A stretch of DNA of 40,933 nucleotides, taken from the UHGV virus genome UHGV-0179541. One strand, 5' to 3'. The notes below the pieces were generated by a model. It was not told the DNA's origin. It was given only the letters and a program-made list of their open reading frames with translations, and did no database searches. Positions 9,866 to 19,439 of the stretch are shown here, piece after piece (within the stretch, counting starts at the first letter, position 1; each line of letters starts with the position of its first letter). Made by a program: the position numbers and the translations under genes. Source of the stretch: a virus.

Positions 9866-11232
9866 TGTACTGGCACCTTCAGAGGGATCACCGGCACAAA
9901 GCCGGGATGCGTAATGGCATTACGCCGGATAATGTCCGCGTCACGCGCCGCGTTATCAAACCAGGTCGCCGCCAGCACCAGCGCGGGTAAAACCTCATCC
10001 GGCGTGCGCTGAATGATCCGTGCAGACTGTTCAAGGCGCGTGTTGATATCCGCATTCAGATCTGCTTTCACCCGGCGCAGCGCCAGAAACAGCGCATCAC
10101 TGGTTGTACGGGACAACTCCTTATCAATTGCCGTATTCAGTGTGTCGCGAATGTCAGTCAGTTCTTCCCACGTCGGCAGATCAACCGTGTTTTTCACCGC
10201 CGGTGCATTGTTCAGTGCCGGATGCGTGACGGAAGGCCAGCCGGTGCTCTGCGCAGCTGTTGTTGCCTGCCCCACTGCGGCATTCTGCATCACCGCGGAA
10301 GTTGTTGGCGCAGGCAATCGGGTGACGGCATACGCCGCTTCGCTGATTGCGGTCGTACGAAGGGTGCTGGCAACCACGTTACGCTGCTGCGTCGCCGTGG
10401 CGGTGGTTTTACTGTCCGTTTTCCAGACGCCGCGCGGTTGCAGATCGCTGCCGAGGCTGACACCGGAAAGCGTTTTGATCATGGTGACCAGGTCGCTGGC
10501 GTTACCATAAAGGCGTTTCCCGGTACGCCACATTTTCTGCACCTGCTCAACGAAATTTTTGCCTGACGATGGCGGCGGCAGAAGTACCGAGATATCCCCC
10601 TGCAACAGCCTGGCGGCATCCGATACGGCAGAATCCACCACTTTCATCGCATCAGAAATATACCCAAGCATTGTGCCGGCATTACCGACGACGTCGTTCT
10701 GCACAAAATCTGCCACGCCATCGATACTGAAACCACTGAAACTGTCACTGATGCAGTCATCCAGTGCAGAACAGGATGACATCAGCGTCTGCGCCGTCGC
10801 CGCACCTGATGTGGGGTAAGAGAGTTCTCCCGCTTCGACAAACTTCAGGTCAAAGCGGACAATACGCCCTTCACTTTTCGATGTGCTGACCCGAACTTCC
10901 CCGTCAACACAGACTTTCAGCTCACCATATGTCGGGTGGACAAGCGTGCCGGGACCGGGTTTATTCAGCGCTTCAATCAGGCGATCGCGCTGGTCAAAGC
11001 AGTCATCTCCCACCACATAAGCTGTGATGGACGGGCGGAAAGTGACTTTTCCCAGATCTTCGGTATAGGGTTTGTCGCGGTTCGGATATTCGTGTGTTTC
11101 CACACGACGGCCGGTTCCCGCACTTTCTTCTTCAACCTTAAACGGCACACCTCGAAATGACGCATCCTGAAGCCTGTCTTTCCACGTCATATAAACTCCG
11201 TACATAAAAAATCCCACCGGAGTGGGACTCAT
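9862..11232 (-). CDS. Mu gp43-like tail protein (DNA circularisation N-terminal domain family)
   Basis: 456 aa; N-terminus W..RL.DASFRGVPF typical of this family; directly after the tape measure gene. Confidence 0.6.
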   Translation of the reverse strand: MSPTPVGFFMYGVYMTWKDRLQDASFRGVPFKVEEESAGTGRRVETHEYPNRDKPYTEDLGKVTFRPSITAYVVGDDCFDQRDRLIEALNKPGPGTLVHPTYGELKVCVDGEVRVSTSKSEGRIVRFDLKFVEAGELSYPTSGAATAQTLMSSCSALDDCISDSFSGFSIDGVADFVQNDVVGNAGTMLGYISDAMKVVDSAVSDAARLLQGDISVLLPPPSSGKNFVEQVQKMWRTGKRLYGNASDLVTMIKTLSGVSLGSDLQPRGVWKTDSKTTATATQQRNVVASTLRTTAISEAAYAVTRLPAPTTSAVMQNAAVGQATTAAQSTGWPSVTHPALNNAPAVKNTVDLPTWEELTDIRDTLNTAIDKELSRTTSDALFLALRRVKADLNADINTRLEQSARIIQRTPDEVLPALVLAATWFDNAARDADIIRRNAITHPGFVPVIPLKVPVQ

Positions 11233-11250
11233 TAACAGATTAATTTTTCA

Positions 11251-13086
11251 TTACCTGCCAAAGCGCGTATAGCCAACATCATGGCTGACATCAAAACCGC
11301 TGGATCGCGTTTCCATAACCCGCATACCCGGAGGCGAATTCACAAAAGAGACCTTGATCTCACCATCAACTTTTGGCGCAGTAGCTTTATTAATCATGAA
11401 GGGATTCGGGCCTGTGGCACCGGAGGCGTTGTTTGACTGAGCCAGATCTACCGCCGGATAAGGTGTGTATCCCCGTGCCGGTATTCCCGTCCCATAAGCA
11501 TCATAAGCACCCGCGCCCCACTGCGCAGAGTTAATGGCATCGACCGTGTCTCCGGAACTGTCGGTAAACCACTCAATAATTGGCTTCAGCTTGTCCCACA
11601 TATCCTGAAACCACTTAACAACCGGCCCCCAGTTATTGATCACCATCCCCAGCGGCGACCAGGCAAAAACTTTCTTAAGGAGTTCCCAGCCAGCCTCAAA
11701 ATAAGGACCAATGGTTTCCCAGAGCTTCTTGAAATAAGGTCCGACAACATCCCAGTTAGTGATAATTAATCCCGCAGCCAGGGCTATCGCCGTCGCAATC
11801 ATGCCAATCGGCGTCATCGACATGATCCTGCTGACAATGCTGATGGCACTGCCCACGCCCATCAATCCCAGTTTCAGAATCGCAAGACCGGCAGCAAGCC
11901 CGACGACGCCGCGAATAACCCAGGGATTTTCATCCGCAAACTTCGTGAATTTTTCCCCCAACTCCCCCAGCCATTGCGTGATATTTTTAGCGTCACCAGA
12001 AAATGCGCCGCCAATAGCTGCAAGACCGTTAGTTGCGGTCCCCGTCATTGCCTCCCACAGGTTGGACAGCGTACCAAGCTGTGCCTGAACACGTTTATTC
12101 AGGCTGGCCTGTTTATGCATCTTCTGCTGGATCTGATCGTAACCATCCTTTCCTTTATCGATCAGAGCATTGACCACCTGAAGGGTTTCGGCATCATCAC
12201 CAAATATTGCCTTAAGTACACCGGTTCGCTTAACGTCGGTCAGTTTTCGCAGCTTTGCCAGTTGCCTGAACATGTTATCAAGACCGCCAAAACTCCCTTT
12301 GCCATCAGTAAAATCGAGCTGTACCCCGAGTTTCTGGCGGGCCATGATTTTATTGACGTCCCTGATTTTCTTAACGCTTAATCCGGACTGGATAACTTTT
12401 CGCAGGGCATTACCTGCCGACTCCCCGTTCATCCCCATCTGATCCATCATGACACTGATGGGGGCAAGACTCTGTGCAGCCTGAAGACCGTCCTTATTCA
12501 CCATCTTCAGAACAGAGCTGGTTTTAGTGAAGAATGACAGCATGTTGGTGTCGTCAACGCCCAGATAAAACGCCTTCTGAATTGTGTCGAACAGCCCCAT
12601 CATGTCTTCTGAGGCCGTTCCGGTAGCATCCTGCATCTTTGCGGCAAACTCGGCAGCCGCTTCCGGTGTTTTTTTCAGTTGTACCGCAAGATAAGCTGTC
12701 GCTTTACCCACACCACCCAGAATGTTTTCTGCCGGGATCCCCTGACGCACCAGCATCTGCATCATGTTCTGGAAATCAGCCGTTGTACCGGGTAGCTGGT
12801 TACCCAGGCCAATAGCCAGTTTATTGATGTCCTGAAAGCTCTTTCCGACCTCACCGTTCGCATCCATCATGGCAACTTTCAGCCCGGTGGCGGCGTTTTC
12901 CTGATCGGCATAAGATTTCAGGGAAAGCGTCAGACCCGCAGCCAGTCCGCCACCAAGCGCCAGCCCACCCTGTGACGCTTCTTCCGCCTGGCGTTTAAAT
13001 CCCCGGATTTTCTTTTGCATTTTCGACAGCGCGGGAGAAAGCCTGTCGACACCGGTGATCAACGCCTTAAGCTCAAATTCAGCCAT
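11251..13086 (-). CDS. Tail tape measure protein
   Basis: 611 aa, Ala/Gly-rich with hydrophobic C-terminal segment, between chaperone and baseplate genes. Confidence 0.75.
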   Translation of the reverse strand: MAEFELKALITGVDRLSPALSKMQKKIRGFKRQAEEASQGGLALGGGLAAGLTLSLKSYADQENAATGLKVAMMDANGEVGKSFQDINKLAIGLGNQLPGTTADFQNMMQMLVRQGIPAENILGGVGKATAYLAVQLKKTPEAAAEFAAKMQDATGTASEDMMGLFDTIQKAFYLGVDDTNMLSFFTKTSSVLKMVNKDGLQAAQSLAPISVMMDQMGMNGESAGNALRKVIQSGLSVKKIRDVNKIMARQKLGVQLDFTDGKGSFGGLDNMFRQLAKLRKLTDVKRTGVLKAIFGDDAETLQVVNALIDKGKDGYDQIQQKMHKQASLNKRVQAQLGTLSNLWEAMTGTATNGLAAIGGAFSGDAKNITQWLGELGEKFTKFADENPWVIRGVVGLAAGLAILKLGLMGVGSAISIVSRIMSMTPIGMIATAIALAAGLIITNWDVVGPYFKKLWETIGPYFEAGWELLKKVFAWSPLGMVINNWGPVVKWFQDMWDKLKPIIEWFTDSSGDTVDAINSAQWGAGAYDAYGTGIPARGYTPYPAVDLAQSNNASGATGPNPFMINKATAPKVDGEIKVSFVNSPPGMRVMETRSSGFDVSHDVGYTRFGR

Positions 13087-13261
13087 GTGTGCGTTTCTCC
13101 TGCTCTATCCTGTTTGCCTGACTGACCAGCAAGGGAATTTCACTGATCGGCATATTCAGCAATTCGAAGGGATTAATGCGCCAGTAACTGGCGCAGTCAA
13201 AGAAGCGATCAGTGAGGTATTCAGCCGTCAGGCCTGGAGGAAAAAACCGGCCACAAGCCAC
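13079..13261 (-). CDS. -1 frame extension of the tail assembly chaperone (GT-like frameshift product)
   Basis: Open in the -1 frame from the U UUU UUC heptamer (plus 13240..13246) to just before the tape measure start; the -1 reading FFPPGLTAEY matches this ORF. Confidence 0.6.
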   Translation of the reverse strand: MACGRFFPPGLTAEYLTDRFFDCASYWRINPFELLNMPISEIPLLVSQANRIEQEKRTHG

Positions 13262-13497
13262 GCCGCTGCATTCAGGTCTGCCGGAGACATCTGGTCGACA
13301 GAGCTTTGCGGCACTTTCGCCAGCCGCACAATGTATTTCGACACCACATGCGCCAGAAGTCTGACGGATTCATCCTGATTCATCTGGTAGGGATACCCCA
13401 GCTCGCGGACATCCTTCCCGGTGGGTTCATCAAACTCCAGTACGGAGAGTGTCTCACCATGAGCGATAATCGGTTTCTTTAACTCAAGCTCTTTCAT
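13228..13497 (-). CDS. Tail assembly chaperone (Mu gp41-like)
   Basis: 89 aa between tube and tape measure genes; ends with slippery heptamer. Confidence 0.6.
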   Translation of the reverse strand: MKELELKKPIIAHGETLSVLEFDEPTGKDVRELGYPYQMNQDESVRLLAHVVSKYIVRLAKVPQSSVDQMSPADLNAAAWLVAGFFLQA

Positions 13498-13853
13498 TAC
13501 TGGTAATCCCCTTCTTCACCGTGGAACTCAAGATCAACCGTGCCTTCTTCGGCATTATGGTTCGCTTCTCCGTGCAGCCAGGCGGACGACAATACATAGA
13601 CCTGACCGTTCGCCAGCTCGGCAGTGATGGTCATCTCATCAGACGAGGTGATTTTGCTCACCGGAAAATTCTTCGGCACCTTGAAGGTCCCTTTGACATA
13701 AGGCGCACGGTGAGTTTCCTTGCGGTCCACTGAACCGTCCAGGCCGATGATGTCATCATTGACCGTCCTGTTCATGGGCACCTCAATGCCGCCGGTCAGC
13801 GATAGCTGCTGACCGTCAATTTTGAAATAACAGGTTCCCCCGATACGGGCCAT
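13497..13853 (-). CDS. Tail tube protein
   Basis: 118 aa directly after the sheath gene. Confidence 0.7.
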   Translation of the reverse strand: MARIGGTCYFKIDGQQLSLTGGIEVPMNRTVNDDIIGLDGSVDRKETHRAPYVKGTFKVPKNFPVSKITSSDEMTITAELANGQVYVLSSAWLHGEANHNAEEGTVDLEFHGEEGDYQ

Positions 13854-15349
13854 TATGCAGACTCCTCTGAATACTGAAGACGGAACTGGTTAACCACGGC
13901 AAAAACACGCAACTGGTTAACATAGTCAGGCGGGAACAGCGTGTTCAGGCGGTTCGGATCGCTGGCATCACGCTCCACAACCAGGTACTGCTTAAACAGT
14001 TCGTAGTTTTCCACGATCCCCGCACGCTCAAGCTGACGGTAGGTTGCCAGCAGTTCCCCTTTGATTACCGCCGGGGTGACAATCGCCTGACCGGGACCAA
14101 AACGGGTACCGTCGCTGGCAAGCTTGTGACGCCCGTACTTACTGGTAATGACGGATTTCAGTTTGCGCAGTACATACGCACTGGTATGCAGCGTCTCGCT
14201 GTCGAGGTAGCTGTTATCCGCAACCCCGTAAGCGTTTTTCCTGTACGTGGTGACATCACGCTGAATGCGCAGCACCCCGCTTTCGACATACGCCGTTGCC
14301 ACGCCATGAGACAGCAGGGTCTGCTGCTCGGTCATCGTGAACCGTTTCCCCTTCGGCGCAGGCAGCATACCCACCAGCTCACCGGTCTGCGTGGGACGTG
14401 CCGGATCGTTGCGGATAAACACCGCTGCGCGGGCGGTACGGCTTGCCGCCAGCTCGTCGGCAGGCGTCTGGGTCTCTTTTTCGTACCCCGCCAGGGTAAT
14501 GTGCTGCTGGTTAAACTGGTCACCTGCGGTCACCAGTTCTGACAGCGTGCCGATCTTTGCCGTATACACATGACCATACAGCTGACGCGCATAGCTCCAG
14601 CGACCGCTGGTATCGTTCATCTCGGTCACCAGCGTGTTAACGGAGGCCGTGTCGTTGAACGGCAGGCCGATATAATCAAACGGCTCATCCGCCATTGCAG
14701 CCACCGCGCCGGTGAGAACAGGAGAGCCCGTTCCGGCGGTCCCCGTCGCCACGGCAATCTGTACGCCCGCAGGCAGCACTTCGCCCCCACCAAAGCCGTA
14801 GTAATTGAGGCTGACAGGAATTTCATTCCCGCAAAGCCCCTTATGACGCGCGGTCAGTGTGACCACGCCAGCCGAAGATGAGGCCGTAAACGGCAGGGCC
14901 GGAACGGCATTGATGGCATCCTGGATACTGCTGGCAATCGTCGTGACGTTATCGCCGTTAGTCACCGGTGCCTGCACGCGGGTACGTCCCACATAAACAT
15001 TCACCGTGCCGGTTTCGGTTGCCGCCCCGGTCACCGTCAGCGTAACTGTTGCCGCCGCGCCCGTGGATTCAGGAACGGCAATTACATACAGTTCACCAAA
15101 CGGGTCGGTCTGGCGATAAGCCTCGACCATACGCGCCAGCTGACTTCCCGCACCACAAATCTGGCGTGCATAGTCTGCCGACGGCATCAGCACCAGACTG
15201 TTGGCAACAATCTCTGCACCGTTATTGGCATGACCAATCAGCAGCGATGCTCCGCTGTCCTGTGCAGTATTCGCCGCCTGGTTATCCATTTCCGCATAAA
15301 ACAGCGGAACCAGCGTATTCGACGGAATGGTGTTAAAGCTTATCGTCAT
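13853..15349 (-). CDS. Contractile tail sheath protein
   Basis: 498 aa, Mu gpL-like, followed by tube gene. Confidence 0.75.
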   Translation of the reverse strand: MTISFNTIPSNTLVPLFYAEMDNQAANTAQDSGASLLIGHANNGAEIVANSLVLMPSADYARQICGAGSQLARMVEAYRQTDPFGELYVIAVPESTGAAATVTLTVTGAATETGTVNVYVGRTRVQAPVTNGDNVTTIASSIQDAINAVPALPFTASSSAGVVTLTARHKGLCGNEIPVSLNYYGFGGGEVLPAGVQIAVATGTAGTGSPVLTGAVAAMADEPFDYIGLPFNDTASVNTLVTEMNDTSGRWSYARQLYGHVYTAKIGTLSELVTAGDQFNQQHITLAGYEKETQTPADELAASRTARAAVFIRNDPARPTQTGELVGMLPAPKGKRFTMTEQQTLLSHGVATAYVESGVLRIQRDVTTYRKNAYGVADNSYLDSETLHTSAYVLRKLKSVITSKYGRHKLASDGTRFGPGQAIVTPAVIKGELLATYRQLERAGIVENYELFKQYLVVERDASDPNRLNTLFPPDYVNQLRVFAVVNQFRLQYSEESA

Positions 15350-15503
15350 CGGTGTTCACCTTTTTATTCACGCGCCGGATATCACCCGCTGCTTCACGGC
15401 GCAGCCAGTAGTTGTTCTCGTCAACATTTCGCCCTTCGGCGGGCAAAAGGTCACCGCGGGCAGGGTCAGGAACTGACCGCCCTTTAACAGGTTTGACAAA
15501 CAT
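15333..15503 (-). CDS. Small protein, possibly Mu gp38-like (DUF2635)
   Basis: Hand-translated 56-aa ORF MFVKPVKGRSVPDPARGDLLPAEGRNVDENNYWLRREAAGDIRRVNKKVNTDDDKL overlapping the sheath start; below the track cutoff. Confidence 0.4.
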   Translation of the reverse strand: MFVKPVKGRSVPDPARGDLLPAEGRNVDENNYWLRREAAGDIRRVNKKVNTDDDKL

Positions 15504-15511
15504 GAGGATCC

Positions 15512-16072
15512 TCAGGAAGGAAGGGTTATTTCGGTGTGATGTTCGATATCGCCGTCAGGCCCGTTACCGGGCTCGAGATAATCAACATCAATCGCCAGCG
15601 TTTGCAGTTCATCCAGACTGTTCAGATCATCCTGCTGGCGGGTATCGTCTTCAGTCAGCTCGCTGATGACCGAAAAATCGAACTGATAAATCAGCTCATG
15701 ACGATTCAGATCCAGCAGCGTGCCGCCGTCATAGGTAATCGGGTTACCGCACGCTTCCGGGTTCCAGCCCAGCAGGGCCTTAAAGAGCATCTGCCGGACA
15801 TCGTCCACCACATCATACGAGGCAAACTGACCGCGCTCATCACGCCCGTTACTCAGTATGACAACCACGGAGAAGCCCTCTTTCAGCTCCTGCCAGTAGT
15901 CGGTCTGGCTTTTGTTTTCTCCCGGAGAGTCATCACCCGGTACCACATACGCCGCCGGGAGTCTCAGCTTTCCGACCTCCGGCAGATTTTTGAACTGTGC
16001 CGCGCCTGCCACCCGATTTTCAAAATACGGGCAGCGGGCACGCAGCGCAGCAATAACAGGCGTCAGTTTCAT
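15512..16072 (-). CDS. Tail completion / neck protein (Mu gp37-like)
   Basis: 186 aa, position between head-closure and sheath genes. Confidence 0.45.
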   Translation of the reverse strand: MKLTPVIAALRARCPYFENRVAGAAQFKNLPEVGKLRLPAAYVVPGDDSPGENKSQTDYWQELKEGFSVVVILSNGRDERGQFASYDVVDDVRQMLFKALLGWNPEACGNPITYDGGTLLDLNRHELIYQFDFSVISELTEDDTRQQDDLNSLDELQTLAIDVDYLEPGNGPDGDIEHHTEITLPS

Positions 16073-16575
16073 CTGTGTCGTCGCTCCGGCTTCAGTGATT
16101 TACGCAATTCCCGCGCCAGAAAATAGCGTGTCCAGCTGCGGTTCTTTTCAAGAGTTTCCACCATAAAGTTATTACGTGGAGCCAGTCGCCAGCCGCTGCC
16201 ACCGGATGCACCACGATGATGGCTGCGACGACGCTTTGCCCCTCGCCTCACGCCATAGAACAGAAAAGCCGGATAAAAATCACCGGTGATACGGCGGTTT
16301 CCCTCTCCATTACGCTGGTTAGGGGCTATACGTGCCATAAAACCAGGGCGATGTTTACTTGCTCTGGGTACCATGTAACCAATCGAACGAGCCAGGCGTC
16401 CGGTCTGATAACCGGGGTTTTCACCCGGTGCCGACCGCGCACGGCGCATCACCAGCCGACGGGCATCACGCATATGACGCTGACCAATCGTGACAAACGC
16501 CCGCCTGACACGGGCGCGGTTAAAGCGCATCTCCGCGGGCTGCTGAAAATCAACGTGCAAAAAGGAAGTCGTCAT
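16069..16575 (-). CDS. Virion morphogenesis / tail attachment protein (HK97 gp10-like)
   Basis: 168 aa, basic, synteny. Confidence 0.4.
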   Translation of the reverse strand: MTTSFLHVDFQQPAEMRFNRARVRRAFVTIGQRHMRDARRLVMRRARSAPGENPGYQTGRLARSIGYMVPRASKHRPGFMARIAPNQRNGEGNRRITGDFYPAFLFYGVRRGAKRRRSHHRGASGGSGWRLAPRNNFMVETLEKNRSWTRYFLARELRKSLKPERRHR

Positions 16576-16960
16576 TGTTGCCTCCGTGACTCTGCCTACA
16601 TTCGCCCAGCTCCGTACACTCCAGCAGCAGAAAGCGCCGCGCCCCGTTCAGATCGCGCTGACGTTTCACCCGGTACACACTGTCACCGCAGACCACCTCA
16701 TAATCAGCGGTGATCCCCCGGCGGTAACGAATGGTGATGTAATGGGTGATGGCGTCCCCGGTCTGCGCGGTTTCCTGCCAGGTGGTGGCACTGGTCTGGA
16801 TAACCTTCGCCCATGTCCGGAACGTAACCGGGTATTGAGGCTCCACGCCAAAGTTATCCGCGGGCATATCCACCCGCAGGCGGATCAGGACGCGTTTATT
16901 CAGTTCACCGGGGTCCGGCAGAATGTAGGTTGCGCTGGTCTGCGCCTGACGAATTTTCAT
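16550..16960 (-). CDS. Head closure / head-tail adaptor protein
   Basis: 136 aa, synteny downstream of the connector gene. Confidence 0.45.
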   Translation of the reverse strand: MKIRQAQTSATYILPDPGELNKRVLIRLRVDMPADNFGVEPQYPVTFRTWAKVIQTSATTWQETAQTGDAITHYITIRYRRGITADYEVVCGDSVYRVKRQRDLNGARRFLLLECTELGECRQSHGGNNDDFLFAR

Positions 16961-17280
16961 TGCGGAAAGTACCTGTACGGGCCGACAAGCCAGCCAAAAC
17001 TCTGCGGCATGTCGAGTTTCTCCACTTCCGTAACCGACGAGCGGTTTTCGTAAAAATGGCTGATAAGCATCAGCATCCCCAGACGAATATCATCCGGCAG
17101 GTGCAGCCCGTCCGGATCGCTGTCCGGAATGGTTTCATCCGGAGCATAGAGCTTCCGGTTCAGATACGTTTCCGTCCGCTTTTGCGCCGCACAGGCCAGC
17201 AGTTGCAGATGGCGGTCATCAGCATCGAAATCCTCATCCAGCCGGAGTTGGGCTTTAATCTCTTCCATTGTCAGAAGCAT
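16957..17280 (-). CDS. Head-tail connector protein (gp6-like)
   Basis: 107 aa directly after capsid-associated genes. Confidence 0.5.
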   Translation of the reverse strand: MLLTMEEIKAQLRLDEDFDADDRHLQLLACAAQKRTETYLNRKLYAPDETIPDSDPDGLHLPDDIRLGMLMLISHFYENRSSVTEVEKLDMPQSFGWLVGPYRYFPQ

Positions 17281-17282
17281 AC

Positions 17283-17483
17283 TCAGCCCTCTTTACTGGT
17301 CGTGGCTTTTTTCTCTTTTGTCGCTTTACTGCTTTTTGCACTGGTTCCGCGCTCTGCTAACCCGGCCTGAAGTGCAATCTCCTGCACCCGGGCAGGAAGC
17401 GCCCCGTCGTCATACTCACCGGCCCGAATGACCTCAACACGCATACCGTCCGGTGACCATTTCAGATCTTGTTTCAGGATCAT
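17283..17483 (-). CDS. Small hypothetical protein downstream of the major capsid gene
   Basis: 66 aa, Lys/Ser-rich tail. Confidence 0.35.
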   Translation of the reverse strand: MILKQDLKWSPDGMRVEVIRAGEYDDGALPARVQEIALQAGLAERGTSAKSSKATKEKKATTSKEG

Positions 17484-17532
17484 GATTCTTCACCCGTCAG
17501 AACAGGGGGCGCGGTTCCACGCCCCTGAGTGA

Positions 17533-18738
17533 TTACGCCGCTGCAATCTTCAGCAGTTTGATGGCCTGCGAATCGACCAGCATCCCGCCGGTGCGCTTGG
17601 TGGTATAAAAACCGACAAACGGTTTATTGGTGTACGGGTCACGCAGAATGCGGGTGCCGATACGGTCAACGATGGTGTAACCCCGTTTGAAGTTACCAAA
17701 TGCAATGGCTTTCGCATCAGCGGCGATATCCGGCATCTGTTCGTTTTCAGCGATACCGTAACCCGCCAGAGAGGACGGCTGCCCCAGTTCCAGCCCCGGA
17801 CGCCACAGATAGTTACCCTCGGTGTCTTTCAGCAGACGGATGGCAAACAGGCTGTTGTTGTTCATCATGAACTTCGCGCCAGTGCGGTGTGCCTTACGCA
17901 GCGTGTAAATCAGTTTGATAATGGCGTCTGCGGTCACCGCGGTCGCTTCGCCGGATACAATATGCTGAAGTTTGCCGAACGCCCGGACCTTGTCGGTTTC
18001 ATCAGTGGATTCATACGCCAGGAACCCTTTCGGCTTCTTGGTGCCATCGCCTGAGGTAAAGGCAATTTCTTCCTGTTCGGCAAATTCGGTTGCCAGCTCG
18101 CTGTTGATCCAGGCCTCCACGTTGAAGAAGGCATCGTCCAGCATTTTCTGGGTAGCCTGCGGGTTGCCGTAAATTTCCCCCATGAGAGGTTCAATCAGCT
18201 CCAGTCTGGAGGTGGCAGTCTGGGATCGCGTATCCGTTTCCCCCACCCATCCGGAAGCCGTACCGCCCAGATTCACCAGTTTTTTGTAGTCGGAACCGCC
18301 AACGGTGATCACCGTGGCTTCCTGACGCATCACCACTTCATCTTTCAGCAGGTTAAGAATGTTGCGATCCAGTTCTTCCGGCACGGCGTAGCCACCGTCT
18401 TCATCGGTACCCACCTGCAATGCCTTACGCTCCAGATCGCGCAGACCGTCTTCACGGCCTTTACGCAGGAAGCCCACAAACGCCTCTTTATGCTCGGTGG
18501 CCAGTTTATTTTGCGCTCCACCAGCCGGACGTTTCAGCTCAAGCAGCTCTTTTTCAAGGTCGCTTTTGAGATTTTCCAGCTCGCTGAGTTTCCCGTTCAG
18601 GGTTTCCACCTGCCCGGCAAGTTTGCCTTTTTCCTGCTCAATCGCATCCACGCGCTTGTCGTTCTTTGCCTTGAAGTCGTCAAACTTCTGCTGCAGCTCC
18701 TGCGCGACCTGTTCCACATCTTTAATATCAACCGCCAT
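17533..18738 (-). CDS. Major capsid protein, HK97 family
   Basis: 401 aa with N-terminal coiled-coil delta-domain-like region; follows the prohead protease. Confidence 0.8.
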   Translation of the reverse strand: MAVDIKDVEQVAQELQQKFDDFKAKNDKRVDAIEQEKGKLAGQVETLNGKLSELENLKSDLEKELLELKRPAGGAQNKLATEHKEAFVGFLRKGREDGLRDLERKALQVGTDEDGGYAVPEELDRNILNLLKDEVVMRQEATVITVGGSDYKKLVNLGGTASGWVGETDTRSQTATSRLELIEPLMGEIYGNPQATQKMLDDAFFNVEAWINSELATEFAEQEEIAFTSGDGTKKPKGFLAYESTDETDKVRAFGKLQHIVSGEATAVTADAIIKLIYTLRKAHRTGAKFMMNNNSLFAIRLLKDTEGNYLWRPGLELGQPSSLAGYGIAENEQMPDIAADAKAIAFGNFKRGYTIVDRIGTRILRDPYTNKPFVGFYTTKRTGGMLVDSQAIKLLKIAAA

Positions 18739-18752
18739 CGTATTTCTCCTGA

Positions 18753-19439
18753 TTAGAAGTTCAGATTTTTCAGTGCATTCAGTGCAGAGCCCACATCCTC
18801 AGCGTCGCGCAGGGACAGTGCGCCATAGCCCCCGGCCATGAATGCTTTGGCCTGGGTACGGGAGAGTCCGACATCACGCAGGACTCTTTCGATTTTTTTC
18901 TGTTCGGGGATTTCCCCGCGGGCCAGCGCGTTCTTGACGTCGCTGATCCGCGCCTCGTCGTTAGACGGAAACGTCACCAGACTGACTTCCCAGAGGTCGA
19001 TTTCTTTCAACAGAAAGGCTTCTTTGCTCCGGTCGTATTCCCAGTCTTTCAGGACGTACCCAATAGAAAGGCCGGTTAACGAACCGGCCTTCATGTGTGC
19101 ATGTGCGCGTTTTGCGAGGGGATCATCATCAATAAGCAACCGTCCCCTGACGTAAAGTCCGACATCGTCTTCCTTCATTTCAGTGTAAACACCGATGGGT
19201 TCATCCATGCGGTGCTGCCAGAGCAGCGCAGGTAACGCTTTTCTGTCACTCCACGCCCGCAGGGAAGCAGCAAATGCCCCGGACATCACCACATCATCGT
19301 GGCTGTCCTTTACACCAAAGACGGAGCCATACCCTTCAAACTCACCGGAGTCACTGACAGATTTCAGACTCAGCGGTACATCAAGACGTTGTTTCGTCTG
19401 CATTGGCGTTATCCTTCTGCTTACCGGCTTTACTGCCAT
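18753..19439 (-). CDS. Prohead protease, HK97 family
   Basis: 228 aa between portal and capsid genes. Confidence 0.75.
   Translation of the reverse strand: MAVKPVSRRITPMQTKQRLDVPLSLKSVSDSGEFEGYGSVFGVKDSHDDVVMSGAFAASLRAWSDRKALPALLWQHRMDEPIGVYTEMKEDDVGLYVRGRLLIDDDPLAKRAHAHMKAGSLTGLSIGYVLKDWEYDRSKEAFLLKEIDLWEVSLVTFPSNDEARISDVKNALARGEIPEQKKIERVLRDVGLSRTQAKAFMAGGYGALSLRDAEDVGSALNALKNLNF

Noticed and set aside
8565-10819. Many track ORFs on the strand opposite the tail genes (for example 8565..8858, 9356..9694, 10013..10510, 10222..10566)
   Set aside because: They lie entirely inside longer, syntenic, GC-rich structural genes on the other strand; antisense open frames of this kind are expected in high-GC coding DNA.
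14126-16713. Plus-strand ORFs inside the sheath and head-completion genes (14126..14542, 14570..14881, 15536..16126, 16216..16713)
   Set aside because: Same reasoning: embedded antisense frames, Arg/Pro-rich low-complexity translations.
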